A stretch of 62,688 bases of DNA, the filler included, from Catajapyx aquilonaris (Eukaryota): assembly GCA_000934665.2 (NCBI GenBank). It is 2 parts of 2 records of this genome, joined end to end, with 100 filler letters (N's around TTAATTAATTAA, not from the genome) between each part and the next. Parts side by side here need not be neighbours in the genome. Positions count along the whole stretch, not along the records: positions 31,406 to 62,688 come from KZ539166.1; 1 more part is not named here. One strand, 5' to 3'. The position numbers and the translations under genes are program-made. This document shows, in pieces, positions 49,301 to 61,598 of the stretch. Below the pieces are notes generated by a model that was not told where the DNA came from, searched no databases, and saw only the letters and a list, made by a program, of their open reading frames with translations. Each line of letters begins with the position of its first letter. The first letter of the stretch is position 1.

Positions 49301-52300
49301 AACAGCGGCCATTTTGGAATATCTAACTGCCCCTCTCTATTATTAGGCCTGATTCAAAGGTGGTCGACCCGCACGGGAGCACAAACAAGTCTGTCGTGAC
49401 TGATACCACACAAGCAAGATTTATCTCCCCCTGTAATAGGCTCTGAATGGGACGCGTTGATTAATAGTAAGCTTAGGCATCCCATTCAGGGCTCATGAAG
49501 GGGGGGGGGGGCCGTTCCTGCTAAATCCCCGGCCTTTTGCTGCCTTCACAATAAGCTCAATTAGGCAGATATGTGAAGCAAAATTGGGGGACTTATCTTT
49601 CATCTCAAAATGCTTTCGGCAGTGGTTTTGGTCACGGGTCTGGTACTGTGGGTGGCAACGTTTATGTCGGAGGGAGAGTTTAGCCGGTTTTACAATAAGC
49701 GTCGGCTTGAACCGTGGTGTGTTATAGCAAATGTGCACCACTGGAGGATTTTCTAAGATTATCTGAAAATGCTTCTGCCGAACAACTGCAGTGCAGACAT
49801 GGACCGTTGCAAAGTGATGTCAAATGTCCTTTCGGTATAGCTGGACAATAATGTACGGAAAACGAGAGAACGATCTGACGTCATCGTTTCTTACATTGTT
49901 GCTTTTTGTTGACACTGTTTACTCATATTGTTCTGTAAGGGTATTTCCATGGAAACTTTGATGACGTCAGATCGTTCTCTCATTTTCCGTACATTAGTGT
50001 GTTCGATTCACGTGGGCATTAATATCCCGCAAGAAGTTACAGATATTATGAAAGCAAAAGTCCTCATTTTAAAATTAAAACAAGCCAAGTGCTAAAGCTA
50101 CCAGACTTATTAGCCGTGATAAAATAATACGGTAATAACAAGGCAGATTGCGACAATTTAAAAAGCTTTTTTACTAATTACAACGCTGTTATGTAACAGC
50201 CCTTTCGTGTTGTCTCATGGACTGAATTTATTAGGTAGTATAGGTGTAGGCGTCTCCAAATTGCTCTCAGGGCTTGAAATTCTGAATTCGGGGAGCAAAC
50301 TGCAGGCGTTGTTCGGCCTTTTGCATATTTTGTGAGCAGAGCTGCTTTCAGTGCGGGGAACAGCATGTTATCCTGATGACATAGACGAATCGGGTGTGCA
50401 GGAAATGTGCTGAATTTTGCACGCTGCAGTTACCCGTGCAATATGCACTTTTTCCTACACAGAGTGCAGGATAATAACCATTATCCTGCACTCTGTGTAG
50501 GACATGTGTGCGCTAGGTAGAAGAGATTTGTCAGACAATGAATACACAACGAAGCTCAGAATTGGTGTAATCCGAGTGAATAATGGTGTTTCATTCTTTT
50601 CCCTCCGGTTCGTTGACCGGTTAATGTCAGCGAATGTAGTTCCATCACTACCATGATATGGGCATTTGCGAATTTACAAAATTTACGGCACCATGATGAT
50701 TACTTTGGCAGATTTGGAGTGCAATGAACTTTGTTCAGAGCCAACTGAAAACAACATTTATCAACATTTGAGGTGCCAGAAAGGCAGAAAGGATTGATAT
50801 TTGGATAATGGTAAGAGGAAGGTGTTGGACAGTCCCTGCCAGGAATCGAACCTAGGACCATGCTTGCGGGAGAAGCTGAGCATTGCTCTACCACTGAGCT
50901 ACAGGGACGTCATCAAATCTGTCGAAACCAACTTTCTGGACGTGTGGGTAGGCGTTTTAGGAAAGGGATTTTTGGTCCTTTGTACTGCAAGCTTTATCAG
51001 TTGATTTAATTAAAAGCTCGCAAATGCCACCATCAAAGAGTGTTTGAAGGACAATTATATTATGTTACTAATATAAATAAATTAGTGGATTGACAATGGT
51101 GAACTGTACACCACTAGAACACACGTTTTATAGAGCGGAACACCCCCTCTCCCACCACTGCTTTCCCCACATTACTGAAAAGCGACCGTAACAATCAGCT
51201 TTCGTGTCGACTGTATTGCATTGAAACGTCACATTTAAACCTATATGCTAGCCTGATGGGAATTCGCATGTCAAATACACTGCGAGCCACAATTGTATAT
51301 TGGGTTTAAATTATTGAATTAACATCTACAATACAGAATATTTGTTATCAATTTCGTGCATCAAAATGCGTACTCTTTGTAAAGCCATGTTCACTCCTCA
51401 TCGATAAAATTTGTGCGGCAATGCAGATGTTTTAAATGTTACCTGCAGTTGGTTCAAAATACATTCTATACTCTATAGCATTATAGGCGTTTTCCTCTGG
51501 CGGCGTAAAAATTATATCATACATACGTATGTCTACTCTAACAGATGACGCTACAGTTGAAAATCTCCGATATGTCGCCAGAGGTGGTAAACTGTAAAAC
51601 ATACTGTACATTATGTAACTCGTTACGCTTTGAGATGCCTAAGGCACTGCTCTTAAAACAGATAATAAGTTTACAACGCTAGGAAAAATTATGGCTAAAA
51701 TAATGTTACCTTGTGCTAACTGCAAATAGAGTGTGTTCCAAGTATAGGGGTCCTTTTAGTAATTGAATTTATTTTTTTCCGAAGTTGTAATTTTGTGTAG
51801 CTTTTTGCTCACGAACTCGCCCAATTGTATAGTAGTTGCCATATTTGACCACATCTGGGAGTAATTACTTGGAACACACTGTTTAGACTTTAGACATTAA
51901 AAATTGCAACTTCTGTGTAGCTGAGAGATGTTTTTATCAAGTGTTGTTTGTGATTAACCAGTACCTCATTTTCAATAAGTAATTAACATTTGATTATGTT
52001 ACCATTATTTCAATGCTAATATCGCATATTTCTGGTATTAGCCCGCTGTTATTAAAACATATTTGATTTGAGATCAACGGGTGGATGCATGTGATATTGA
52101 GAGTGTTAAACTCAGGTAAACATGACTCCGTTTGATCTCTATTTTAGGGCAAGCCATTCGCGTCAAAATGAAAAAAATGGGACAAATTTAATGCATAAAA
52201 TTATGAGATAATCTGGCGATTATGGAAGTCATAAAGGAAATTTATCCCGGAACGCTATGCAAATACTTGCCGTAAATTGTCGCCGGCTGAATAATCATGT

Positions 52301-55170
52301 CGTAAATAATTGAAGGAGCTGACAAAATGTCGTCACATTTCCCTTGCTTTTTATTACATTGACGTCACACCAAGAGAGAGAAGGTATGATCTGATTTACC
52401 CTTATACAACTGTGCATCGAAGCAGTCAAATGTTAGACTTTCTTTCCTTTTAGGAAAAGACAGTAGTGTCGTGTATTGCAAGTAACTGCACTTGCGAGAA
52501 TAATCAAAAATATGCATCAAATGTCAAAACCGAAATATTATTTTGACGGATATCAAATAACAATATATTACATGCTAATTAAAACTCTTTCAGCGTATTT
52601 CATTAACATCATGTAATATTCTACGAGTTCCTCTTCATGCAGTAGCTGATTGTTCATTATCAATTGACAAGTCAGTAGTACTAATAAACCGAAAGAATGC
52701 ATTTTATTAATAACACACTGGAGAACAATAAAGGGCACCCCCTGTCCAAAAAAAGGCCATTAAAGTAGCTTTTAATCAAATGTCACCGCCACGATCATAT
52801 TGCATGTAACCAAGTTCTGATGACCGTAGTGATATTCCGATAAGGAGCGGTCAAAGTTCGTGACGAGACCAAAAAAGGAAAAGGAAAGGTAAATGTACTG
52901 TACTTCCAACTTTACAACTACTGCAGTATCTACATAATTCTTATGAATACAGTATATCAACTGGCTTTATTGACAGTGTAGTGTAGTACTGTAGTTACCA
53001 TTGCAAAAAGTTATTGTTATTTCAACGACAGCAAATTACAGTGGCCGGACCTACCGATTTATAATGTAGCAGTGTACCATACATAGGCATGAGACAAAGA
53101 AAACGATGAATGCAATACTTTCAGGCACAAAATTGGTACAAATATGCCAGTATGTAACAAAAATATATTTGAATGTTTTTGAAATTCGCCTTTAAATTTA
53201 AGTCCAGTGAAAATCAATTGTTGTTATCTCAAGTCGAAATGTGACATTGGCGTGATCTACTCGACAGGTGAATTGCAATACTCATCACGAGAATTTTGTC
53301 CAAGAGGTCAAGTTACATTAGGTTCTTAGAAGGTGAGTCAGATAGTACACAGGAAAGGGGAAATTATGATTCAATTCTGCACGTACTCCTGTTCATTTCC
53401 TTTTAGCAAACATGCACATGCCTGTGCCCTGCATTTCGCGTTAATTCAAAGGTCAGATGATTGGTTTTTGCGCCCACGTAAGCCTACCATTGCATTGCTA
53501 CAATTGAACAATTAGTTTAAGTGCCGGTTCCGGTGGTACGGATTTATGTGCAGTTAAAAAACAGGATTGCAAAATCTTTTCAGTAATTTTTACAGTAAAA
53601 ATCGTTTCAAATCTTTGTTGATGGAAATTTTTATTGCGCAATACTAAAAATTAATATTCAATTTTAACATGAATATAGCTTTGACTTTAATTCTGCCGTG
53701 TGTAAGCACTGTGCATGCGTCACTTTCCAATATTGACTTGTTTGCATTACTTCACATAAATTTAATATTAGTTGCTGATTTTTTGATGGACACATTTACA
53801 TAAATTGAACTGCATCATACTGACTCATCACATTATTCCACTAGCGTGACATGATCATGTATTTAAAACGTTAGCACAAGGTAGAAAGTGTTTCGGTACT
53901 GAAACGGCCGAACTTTAGTCTACCTCGTATAGGTAACCTAATCTTTGTGTCAACACCGTAATACACTTATGGTCAACTAAATTAGGTCGGGTGCTACTAA
54001 ATCTTATATGAAAACGTTTCAGTATCTGGACTATTGCATTATTGACCGCCAATTGAGAGCAGTGTCTTGGAAAGTTGACTCACTGCCAAAATCCACTTAT
54101 TTTGTTTATCTAAGCTGGGCTGTAACAGGCATAATATCTATGGTGTATATGTATTTTGTAAAATGCAATTGCGCAAGCAATTACCGTTTACGCGAGCCGT
54201 GCAGAACTGTATCTGACAACTTGCTGCCCTGTTGCCACAATATCACAAAATTATGTGGAAACTAGATTTTTAGCTCTACAACTCTTAATATCGTTTACGA
54301 CCCTGATAAAAGTGATATCATTAATTTCGTATGTCCTACACTGACAGAATGCGCTGAAAGTTACATGCCGATGTGTTACGGTAGCAATTTTTGATATAAT
54401 TTACTTTCATAAAATTTTGATCAGGAGCTATACGGCCCTGAAAATCTCTTCCACTACCAGTCCTTACCATTGTTGCTGTCATTATTTTATCGGTTACCAA
54501 ATTTTAATATTTGCAGTGAAACTGGTGACACGCTGTCCTCCCGAACATTTGGCATAAAATATACTTATTTCAACAACCTCATTATTTCTCTCTGGCACGA
54601 TTATTTTTACTGCATTAAAAATTATTGTTCAAACATGCTGTCCCCTGCACTTGACTCTTGCCTCGCAATCAACCGAGGCGCAAGTGATCGGCTCCAATTC
54701 CTCAAACTAATAAATGCTCCAGATTACATATCAAATCATTTTCAGCAGAATCATCATCTCTCAACATTTAATTACCAATCACTGCCACGATTATATTGCA
54801 AATATACGCACTCCAACTTGAATACGCAATAACAACGCTCAAATCGACCACAACCACACGCACCCAGTCGTAAGTCGACACCCTGTGAGCCCCTTGATCC
54901 GAATCAGTCAAAATCGACGTGGCATTTATTCGAAACCGACCTTTCCTGTACCCTTAGTTAAAACTCGTTCTAGTCATGCATGCAACCCCGATCTGTGAAT
55001 GGAGTACCCACCTGGTTGAGTGGTAGGTGACGATATGCCCCGAAGCCACCGTAGCCCAAATTGGATAGCAACTCGGGGCTGAATCGGTTGAAGAGGCCGC
55101 CCCAAGCTGAGACCTGTTGTCCGGCGTACAATACCAGCAGGGGTAACAATAGTAGCAGGACGGTCTTCAT
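37324..55170 (-). CDS. ITG: ITG-like neuropeptide precursor (prohormone-3 family), 220 aa, five coding exons
   Basis: Exons 55170-55012, 49215-49083, 41209-41063, 39152-39064 and 37458-37324, all GT-AG, total 663 nt. Signal peptide, WGGLFNRFSPELLSNLGYGG, 16 Cys, CCQLQRRHRQAPRKVCSYFKDPLICIGPVA, and C-terminal GEKR-ITAKAGMFNHLK. Confidence 0.92.
39064..39152 (-). CDS. ITG: ITG-like precursor exon 4
   Basis: TAG|(S)EDCTMSSECDIAKGLCCQLQRRHRQAPRK|GTAA. Confidence 0.9.
41063..41209 (-). CDS. ITG: ITG-like precursor exon 3
   Basis: CTAG|(I)LGSCLPAYGNRQGEACRQDGDCETGLICTGSAEGARACQPPLAAKKQY|GTAAGT. Confidence 0.9.
42630..42766. repeat. Two overlapping near-perfect palindromes
   Basis: 42630-42713 has 42-bp arms, no loop and 1 mismatch. 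42709-42766 has 28-bp arms and a 2-nt loop. They share GGATT. Confidence 0.9.
43764..43888. mobile_element. Small palindromic MITE (Harbinger-like termini)
   Basis: GGTGGATTCATCAAATGTC...GACATTTGATGAATCCACC, with further internal inverted repeats. Confidence 0.65.
45225..45390. repeat. AT-rich degenerate tandem repeat
   Basis: Recurrent TTTAATTTATTTCATTATTATTTAGT unit of ~30 bp. Confidence 0.7.
46253..46337. repeat. (TAT)n microsatellite
   Basis: Directly visible. Confidence 0.95.
49083..49215 (-). CDS. ITG: ITG-like precursor exon 2
   Basis: TTGCAG|KLQNPVEAFEQLLQEEEEEEPCYGKKCTANEHCCPGSVCVDVDG|GTAAGT. An alternative in-frame AG lies 9 nt downstream. Confidence 0.88.
49851..49994. mobile_element. 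Small TA-flanked MITE with ~35-bp TIRs
   Basis: TA ATGTACGGAAAACGAGAGAACGATCTGACGTCATC ... GATGACGTCAGATCGTTCTCTCATTTTCCGTACAT TA. Confidence 0.75.
50453..50502. repeat. Perfect 23-bp inverted repeat with 4-nt loop
   Basis: TCCTACACAGAGTGCAGGATAAT-AACC-ATTATCCTGCACTCTGTGTAGGA. Confidence 0.85.
50832..50908 (-). ncRNA. tRNA-like cloverleaf with enlarged (14-nt) anticodon loop; SINE head or tRNA pseudogene
   Basis: Acceptor GTCCCTG/CAGGGAC, D arm GCTC-AGTGGTA-GAGC, anticodon stem ATGCT/AGCAT, T arm CTAGG-TTCGATT-CCTGG; consensus A and B boxes. Confidence 0.65.
55012..55170 (-). CDS. ITG: ITG-like precursor exon 1 (signal peptide)
   Basis: MKTVLLLLLPLLVLYAGQQVSA-WGGLFNRFSPELLSNLGYGGFGAYRHLPLNQ|GTGGGT. 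Confidence 0.92.
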
Positions 55171-55279
55171 TGTTGGGCGGAGGTACTGCTCAAAACTGGG
55201 GGAGTGTTTCTTTTTTTTTGAGGAAGAGGAGGAGGAGGAAATAGTGTTTTAGGACCTGGTAGTCGTGGTTAGTTTTCTA

Positions 55280-55369
55280 AAGTGGAGGAAGCCTTCGGAG
55301 GTCCTTTATAGTTGTAGGGCTTCCCAAGCTAGGTAGAAGGCTAGTACAATTTGCGCACCTTCCTATTGG
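55280..55369 (-). promoter_or_regulatory. Core promoter of the ITG-like gene
   Basis: TATAAA at 55310-55305, Inr-like CCACTTT ~27 nt downstream, and CCAAT at 55369-55365. Confidence 0.55.
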
Positions 55370-55646
55370 CTAGAGGACGGCGACGGCGCAACAACAGTGG
55401 TCGATATCGCCACCACAGCAAGTCGCAGTATTATATAGGTTTTAAAATATATATGTATTTTTAATATATATTCAGTTGGGACGCACGTACTGGGGGATAT
55501 CCCCACCTTAGTATTCTGCACTGTTAATTTGAAGCTTATTTTCTATTGTGCAAGCAGTGTAGTTGGGGTACTAGTCTCTATGACGTAGGCACCTGCACGT
55601 GACATCATTCAAGGGTTCTAGACGCCCACACACCTAAAAAACCTAC

Positions 55647-55654
55647 TGACGTCA
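55647..55654. promoter_or_regulatory. Palindromic CRE (TGACGTCA)
   Basis: Exact consensus ~340 nt upstream of the TATA box. A TGACG half-site (55581) and a CACGTG E-box (55597) lie nearby. Confidence 0.4.
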
Positions 55655-56101
55655 TCAGGGATTATACCTCCAGGCCCCCCGAGGCAGGCCCCTCCCCAGT
55701 GCCACCCCGGCCCACCACCCCCTTCATTTGCAATTTATCGGGCATGTTGGCACGCATTTCAAACCGTGTCACACGATGCACACATGGCCTCTATATTTGC
55801 ACCTGGTCCATTTGAGTGTGGAATGAGATGGATAATTGTGGAGGGACCTAGAGGTGAAAACTGGACCTGGCCAATTAGTTGCGGAGTTACCCAGGTGAAA
55901 GTCCCGTTTAAGGACAAATTAGTGGGGGCCGGAAGGGCATATAGGTCGCAGCCAGGTATCATATCCTGGTGGTTGCCTCTGGATATGCAAAATGTTCATC
56001 CTTCTAATATTATCGCTGCTTTACATTAGTGGACAACGTATGTACTTTTATATGAGTAAAATAATGAGGACGGGTGTATTTACGCATGATTGGAATAATT
56101 A

Positions 56102-57255
56102 CACTATGCAACAAAATGTGACTTTTTTATCCATGGAAATTAATCGTCATATTCGTGTTCCTTAGGTCACAAGTAACTCATAATAGGCATTCATTTTGTC
56201 TTTGATTTGTTTTTGACCTCGGGGCAGTCAAAAAACCAAAGTCCTTAAATATAGCAGCTTTTTCCCAATCAAGTGGGCCTAAATGTTGCTAGACCATCTC
56301 AGATTTTTCTGAAAATAATCACAGCTGTACATGCCTATTCCGTAACACTGCATATCAAGTTTGAGCCAAATTTCGAAATGCCGTGGGGAGGGAAAAAATC
56401 ACGAAATTTTGAAAATGGGGCATTTTTTGGATAAATTTTTTCGGTTATTGGAAGTGATCAAAACCCAATCGACATACACACCAAATGAAAGGAAAACGCG
56501 AGTAGAATGCGCTTGTGGAATTTGTATTTCTCGAAAATGCACTGAGAAAAACATGTATGGCATTCCATCGGTCACATGCTCAGTAACATGTCCAAGTGTT
56601 TAAACGACAACAATATATTAGTGATGTACGGTTTGCGTAAGAGCAGCCATATTTTTTGGTGACAGGGGTTGTGATCCGTACAAAATTCAATATGTTCACT
56701 TTCAATCCTGGGTCATGCATGGCTCGCTAGAAAACAATAGATATGTTTGCCGAATTACCATTAATTTTAATGGAGTCAATAAATTCCTGGACTTATGAAA
56801 TGCCACATAATTATGTTTTTCTGAGTGCATTAAGTCGAGAAAATCAAATTCCATAGGCGCATTCTACTCGCGTGTCTCTTTCATTTGCTGTTTGTAATTT
56901 ATATTGACTGGGTTTTGGCCACGTCCAATAACTGAATACAATTATCCAAATAATGCCCCGTTTTCAAAATGTCTCGATTTTCCCCACGGTATTTCGCAAT
57001 TTGGCTGAAACTTGATAATTATGCAGTGTTACGGCATAGGTGTGTACAGCTGTGATTTATATTTCCAGAAAAATCCGAGATGGTCTAGCAACATTTAGGC
57101 CCGCTTGATTGGGAAAAAACTACTTTGGTTTTTTGACTGCCCCGAGGTCAACAACAAATCAAAGACAAAATGAATGCCCATTATGAGTTACTTGTGACCT
57201 AAGGAACACGAATATGACGATGAATTTCCATGGACAAATATCGTGTTGCATAGTG
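56102..57255. mobile_element. Foldback element with ~450-bp inverted arms and Transib-like CACTATG termini
   Basis: CACTATGCAACA...TGTTGCATAGTG. Arms 56102-~56550 and ~56810-57255 are reverse complements. No clean 5-bp TSD. Confidence 0.75.
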
Positions 57256-57514
57256 TTATTGATTGGATTTGAGTTGGGTCAGAGTGAAATTTTTATGTCT
57301 TAAGGCCTTAAGCTAATAATAATGGTAACCGCTTTGTCTGTGTGGATGTTGCTAAATCGCGGTACTACATTATTAGCCGGTATAATTATAATATACTGTT
57401 TTGAAAAACATAATCATCTTTTGTGTATTTTGTAAAACAACCCCAGACAGTATTATTTTTGTTTGAACTCCCGCACGAGGATTTATGCACATATGGCTAA
57501 GCTAACAACAGGTC

Positions 57515-57582
<68 letters not shown>

Positions 57583-57913
57583 GGATTGTGTTGGCAATTT
57601 TTGTTGCTGTTTCAGGGGGGTGGATTACCACCATTTCACTCCATTTTCTGAATTAACTTCAATAACCGGTTCAAGGAGTCAAGGATGTATGGTAGGGATA
57701 GGGATTTTTTGGGGAGGGAACATAGGTGCAAGTGCAATGTCTGATATAGGGTCATGTGCTGTTCCCCAGGAGGTTAGGTTGCCAGACGAGGACCTCCTTG
57801 GTGCAGGTCAGAGACCCTCCTGACTCAGGTGAAAGGAAAGTTCCCCAGGCGGAGATTGAAGCTGGGGCCTTTCACTCAGCAAGCCGAGACGTTACCATCT
57901 CGGCCATCTACAC
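57515..57913 (-). mobile_element. tRNA-derived SINE with (TAT)n tail
   Basis: Head TGGCCGAGATGGTAA (A box) and AGCTTCAATCTCC (degenerate B box); ends in the trinucleotide array at 57515-57582. Confidence 0.6.
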
Positions 57914-58033
57914 CTCCCCAGTGTTGGCAATTATGAAGTAAGGTCTCCGTAACAAGTTTTTGAAAAATGAACTTTCGATGTTCAGTACCGGAAAAGTATT
58001 GGTTGGTAAGACGTGTTAAACATGTGTGGCAGT

Positions 58034-58386
58034 CACGGGCGTAGGTAAGGGGGGGTTTTGGGGGTTCAAACCCCCCCCCATTCCAAAACTAAAGAGGGGG
58101 GAAAAAACTGAAAAAAAGAAAAAAAACGGCGGAAAACTCGCAAAAATCCTCTAGAACAGTGCAAAATTGCACTGTTCTATGGGTTATTTTCCGTTTTGCG
58201 GTTGCGACCCCAAAATTGGGGTCGCGAGGAAGAGTTGTGACCTTGAACCGGAAAAAAATTTNNNNNNNNNNNNNNNNNNNNNNNNNNNNNNNNNNNNNNN
58301 NNNNNNNNNNNNNNNNNNNNNNNNNNNNNNNNNNNNNNNNNNNNNNNNNNNCCCCCCCCCATTGAAAATCTATACCTACGCCCGTG
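58034..58386. mobile_element. hAT-type MITE spanning a 90-N gap
   Basis: 14-bp TIR CACGGGCGTAGGTA/TACCTACGCCCGTG with a perfect 8-bp TSD GTGGCAGT. Confidence 0.9.
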
Positions 58387-59296
58387 GTGGCAGTGATCAT
58401 GCTTTGTTATTTTAGAATCTCGTACCTACATTTGCCACGTACTGTTCCCATATTAAAGTAACTTATTAACACAATCGAGGGCAAAGATTATCATTCTACG
58501 CAATTCCACCAGCACAGAGTGGCAAAGTCCGTATCCTAGGTATTGTCTAAGGTCCGTATCACGGTCCGTATCGTGACTTTTATTTCTCCCGGGTGACCTT
58601 GAAGTATACATATCATTCTGTGCAGAGGACTTACACCACCGATTCTTTCTTTGATATAGCTAGTCACTTCAGGTTTCATCAAAATTGATCAAGCGTGGTG
58701 GTAATTATGCCCTTTTTGTGTAGCTGGGTGCAAGGTGACAATAAGTCAATAAAGTGGGTTTACCCTGTGTTCTTTCATGTAAAATGAGAACAACTGACTT
58801 CAGTGCATATGGATATGATTTCAAATGCTAAGACAACATTATTTTACAAGAGTTCTTGTTTTATTAATATGAATATGAGTGATTATTCATTAGACCCTAC
58901 ACTGTACATACGAGTATACCGGTATGTCTTAAATATTTGAAGTAACGTATGAGATTAAGTGATGTATAAAAAATGTAGGTAGCTTTATTCATAAAATTTT
59001 CACTCATTCCGCAATTTTTGCACATCATTAATGATGGCCCGTATTCCACAACATTGTATACGTATAACAACGTTCCATGTGCCTGTATGTGAAATATTTT
59101 ATGCTACCCACCTGATGCAGTAAAGCAGTGGTTGCTCTTCCACCATCAGGTTTTTCTCCGATATAACGTGTATCAGTATGCCTAATTGATATTAAAGTCC
59201 TTCACTGAAGGTAAGTGAGGACAATAATGTCACTCATAAGATAACATATTACTTACAAAAATCATAAATAGCTTTATTTATTTTTTACTCATTATA

Positions 59297-60101
59297 CAGG
59301 GTGTTCATAAAAAACACCGACACACCTATATCACCCCCGACCTAGGGACCAGATGATCACATTATGTAGAAGAGTGATTATTCCTGGGCCGCCTCATTAC
59401 CGCGCAAATTGCCTTCAAACAGGTAGTATAAAATATCCTGGAAGTTAGGCCACCCAAACCCTTCCCCAGTCAGAAGGGTCTGGAAGGTCTGGGGGCCGGA
59501 CTTTGTAGGTTTGTTGCCCACAGGTGGTGTGACGTGCCCGCCCGGCTAAAGAGGGCACGACACATGGGACCAGACCCAGACACACACTAGGCCTAGCCCC
59601 AGACCCCTTGTTCCACTCACCCAACAAAGGAGACACACAGTTCCTGTATAAAACTGTTTATTGCACACTCACGATCATACCCAGCATACACACAGAACAC
59701 TTACGCACAGGGCATGGGGCCCAACGGCCCCCCCCCCAGACACAGGACACCAGGAGGTCACCTCCAACCCAACCACCCTGTTCCCTTGCCTCGCCTCGTC
59801 TCCTCACCTTCCCTCAACATCCGCCAGGTGGCTCCCCACCCTATCCACAGTGCTGCCCTCTGTTGGCAGCAGCCACTACAAGGCAGACTGCCACAGTGGT
59901 AAGGCCTCTATGGCTAGTTACACCTGTAAATTCTATTTAAAAGTCAGAAGGAGCGATTAGGCAAAAATCGCTAATCAGCAACGAGTCAATTATCTCAGTA
60001 ATGAGGCGGTGTAGACATAATGACTCCTCTACATAAAATGACCCTCACGTTACCATTGGCCACTGGTTATCAGTTTGTCGGTGTTTTTCATGAACACCCT
60101 G
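59297..60101. mobile_element. Tc1/mariner-type non-autonomous element
   Basis: 26-bp TIRs CAGGGTGTTCATRAAAAACACCGACA (1 mismatch) flanked by TA. Confidence 0.88.
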
Positions 60102-60536
60102 TAGAGACAGAGTGGGCTTGGTGCAAACGTGCAATCTGTCGTCCTCACTCATTAGACCACTCTCTGTAAACTTCATCATGTTAGAAAATACTTCAAGGAG
60201 TAGTTCCTGAACTACAACCACGTAAACAATATCGAGTAATTAACTTATGAAAAGAGATAAAGGGATATTACACTGGGTGTTACATTTGAAATGCTCGCGA
60301 TTTATTTAAGCTGAACTTTTGAATAGTTACGGTTAGAAGTTATCAAAAATAGTAGCAGCTAATATTAGGTTGCATATTCCTCTCATTTTTAACCGGCGAC
60401 GGAGTTTTTGAGCCATTGCCTTACCCCAGGGCCTCAGTTCTTTTTCCCCTTTTCCGGATTTGATGAAGAGTGATATTAATGAATAATAATCCGCGGACTG
60501 CCCGGATTACCCCCGGACTGCCCGGATTACCCGGAT

Positions 60537-61080
60537 TACCTGATCAAAATGACCCTGTGACCCATTTTTGAGGAGAGCAGAGGTCAAGCCATAAAATTCC
60601 GACCTCACCGACTTTCTTGAAATTCGGTGCATAGGTAGCCCACCCCAAGGGATGACAAACGCACCTATAGTTACCTGATCAAAATGACCAGCAAGTGACC
60701 CATTTTTGAGGGGGGCAGAGGTCAAATTCCGACCTCACCGATTTTCTTCAAATTCGGTGCATTGACATAATAATGCCCCCCTCCAATATGGCTCACAGGG
60801 TCATTTCGAGCAGGTAATATATTATAGGTGCGTTTTCATACCTTGGGCTGGGCTACCAATGCACCGAATTTCAAGAACATCGGTGAGGTCAGAATTTGAC
60901 CTCTGCCCCCCTTAAAAATGGGTCACTTGGTCATTTTGATCAGGTAACTATAGGTGCGTTTGTCATCCCTTGGGGTGGGCTACCATTGCACCGAATTTCA
61001 AGAAAATCGGTGTTGTCGGAATTTTTATGATTTGACAAATGTCCCAAGTTGTCAGGGCAAATCCTCAAGACATCATATTA
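60537..61080. mobile_element. Second, end-eroded copy of the tandem-subunit foldback element
   Basis: Same ~130-bp subunits inverted about ~60770; 3' part CAGGGCAAATC..GACATCATA matches 819-843. Confidence 0.75.
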
Positions 61081-61182
61081 TGGCAATATATCATAGCAAT
61101 TAACATTCGCATAAATTATTCTATTAGGTCTAATATATGTACCGGCTAATACTTTTCAAAACTACTAAAAGCAACTGCTTAA

Positions 61183-61321
61183 CCCTGTAATGCCCACTGG
61201 GTCATATTTGGCACACAACTTAGTGCAATTTTTGCAATTTTTGCCATTTTTATATTTCCTGTAAGCGGTGCCAAATTGCTCTAAATGGTGTGCCAGATAT
61301 GACCCAAGGGGCATTACAGGG
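61183..61321. mobile_element. 139-bp piggyBac-type MITE
   Basis: TTAA CCCTGTAATGCCC...GGGCATTACAGGG TTAA; 34-bp TIRs with 3 mismatches. Confidence 0.9.
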
Positions 61322-61388
61322 TTAAAATAATACCTTAGTGCCAAATATTGCTAAATAAAACGAACATTTCAATTAGAACACCATTCAC

Positions 61389-61598
61389 AGTACTATCTGT
61401 TCCAATAACTGTTTTGGCCACTTCATCCTGACTTTTTCGTTCATCCTGGGCTTGAAGCAACCCATTGCACATGCTCCCCATGGTGAAGCCCAAAACCATG
61501 GTGAAACCCGTCTGTGTGTGTGCAACGGATTGCTTCAAGCCCAGGATGTACGAAAGAGTCAGGCGAAGTCGCCAAAAGTTATTGGAACAGATCGTACT
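61389..61598. repeat. Degenerate inverted repeat / MITE remnant
   Basis: ATCTGTTCCAATAAC...CATCCTGGGCTTGAAGCAA pairs with TTGCTTCAAGCCCAGGATG...GTTATTGGAACAGAT. Confidence 0.7.
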
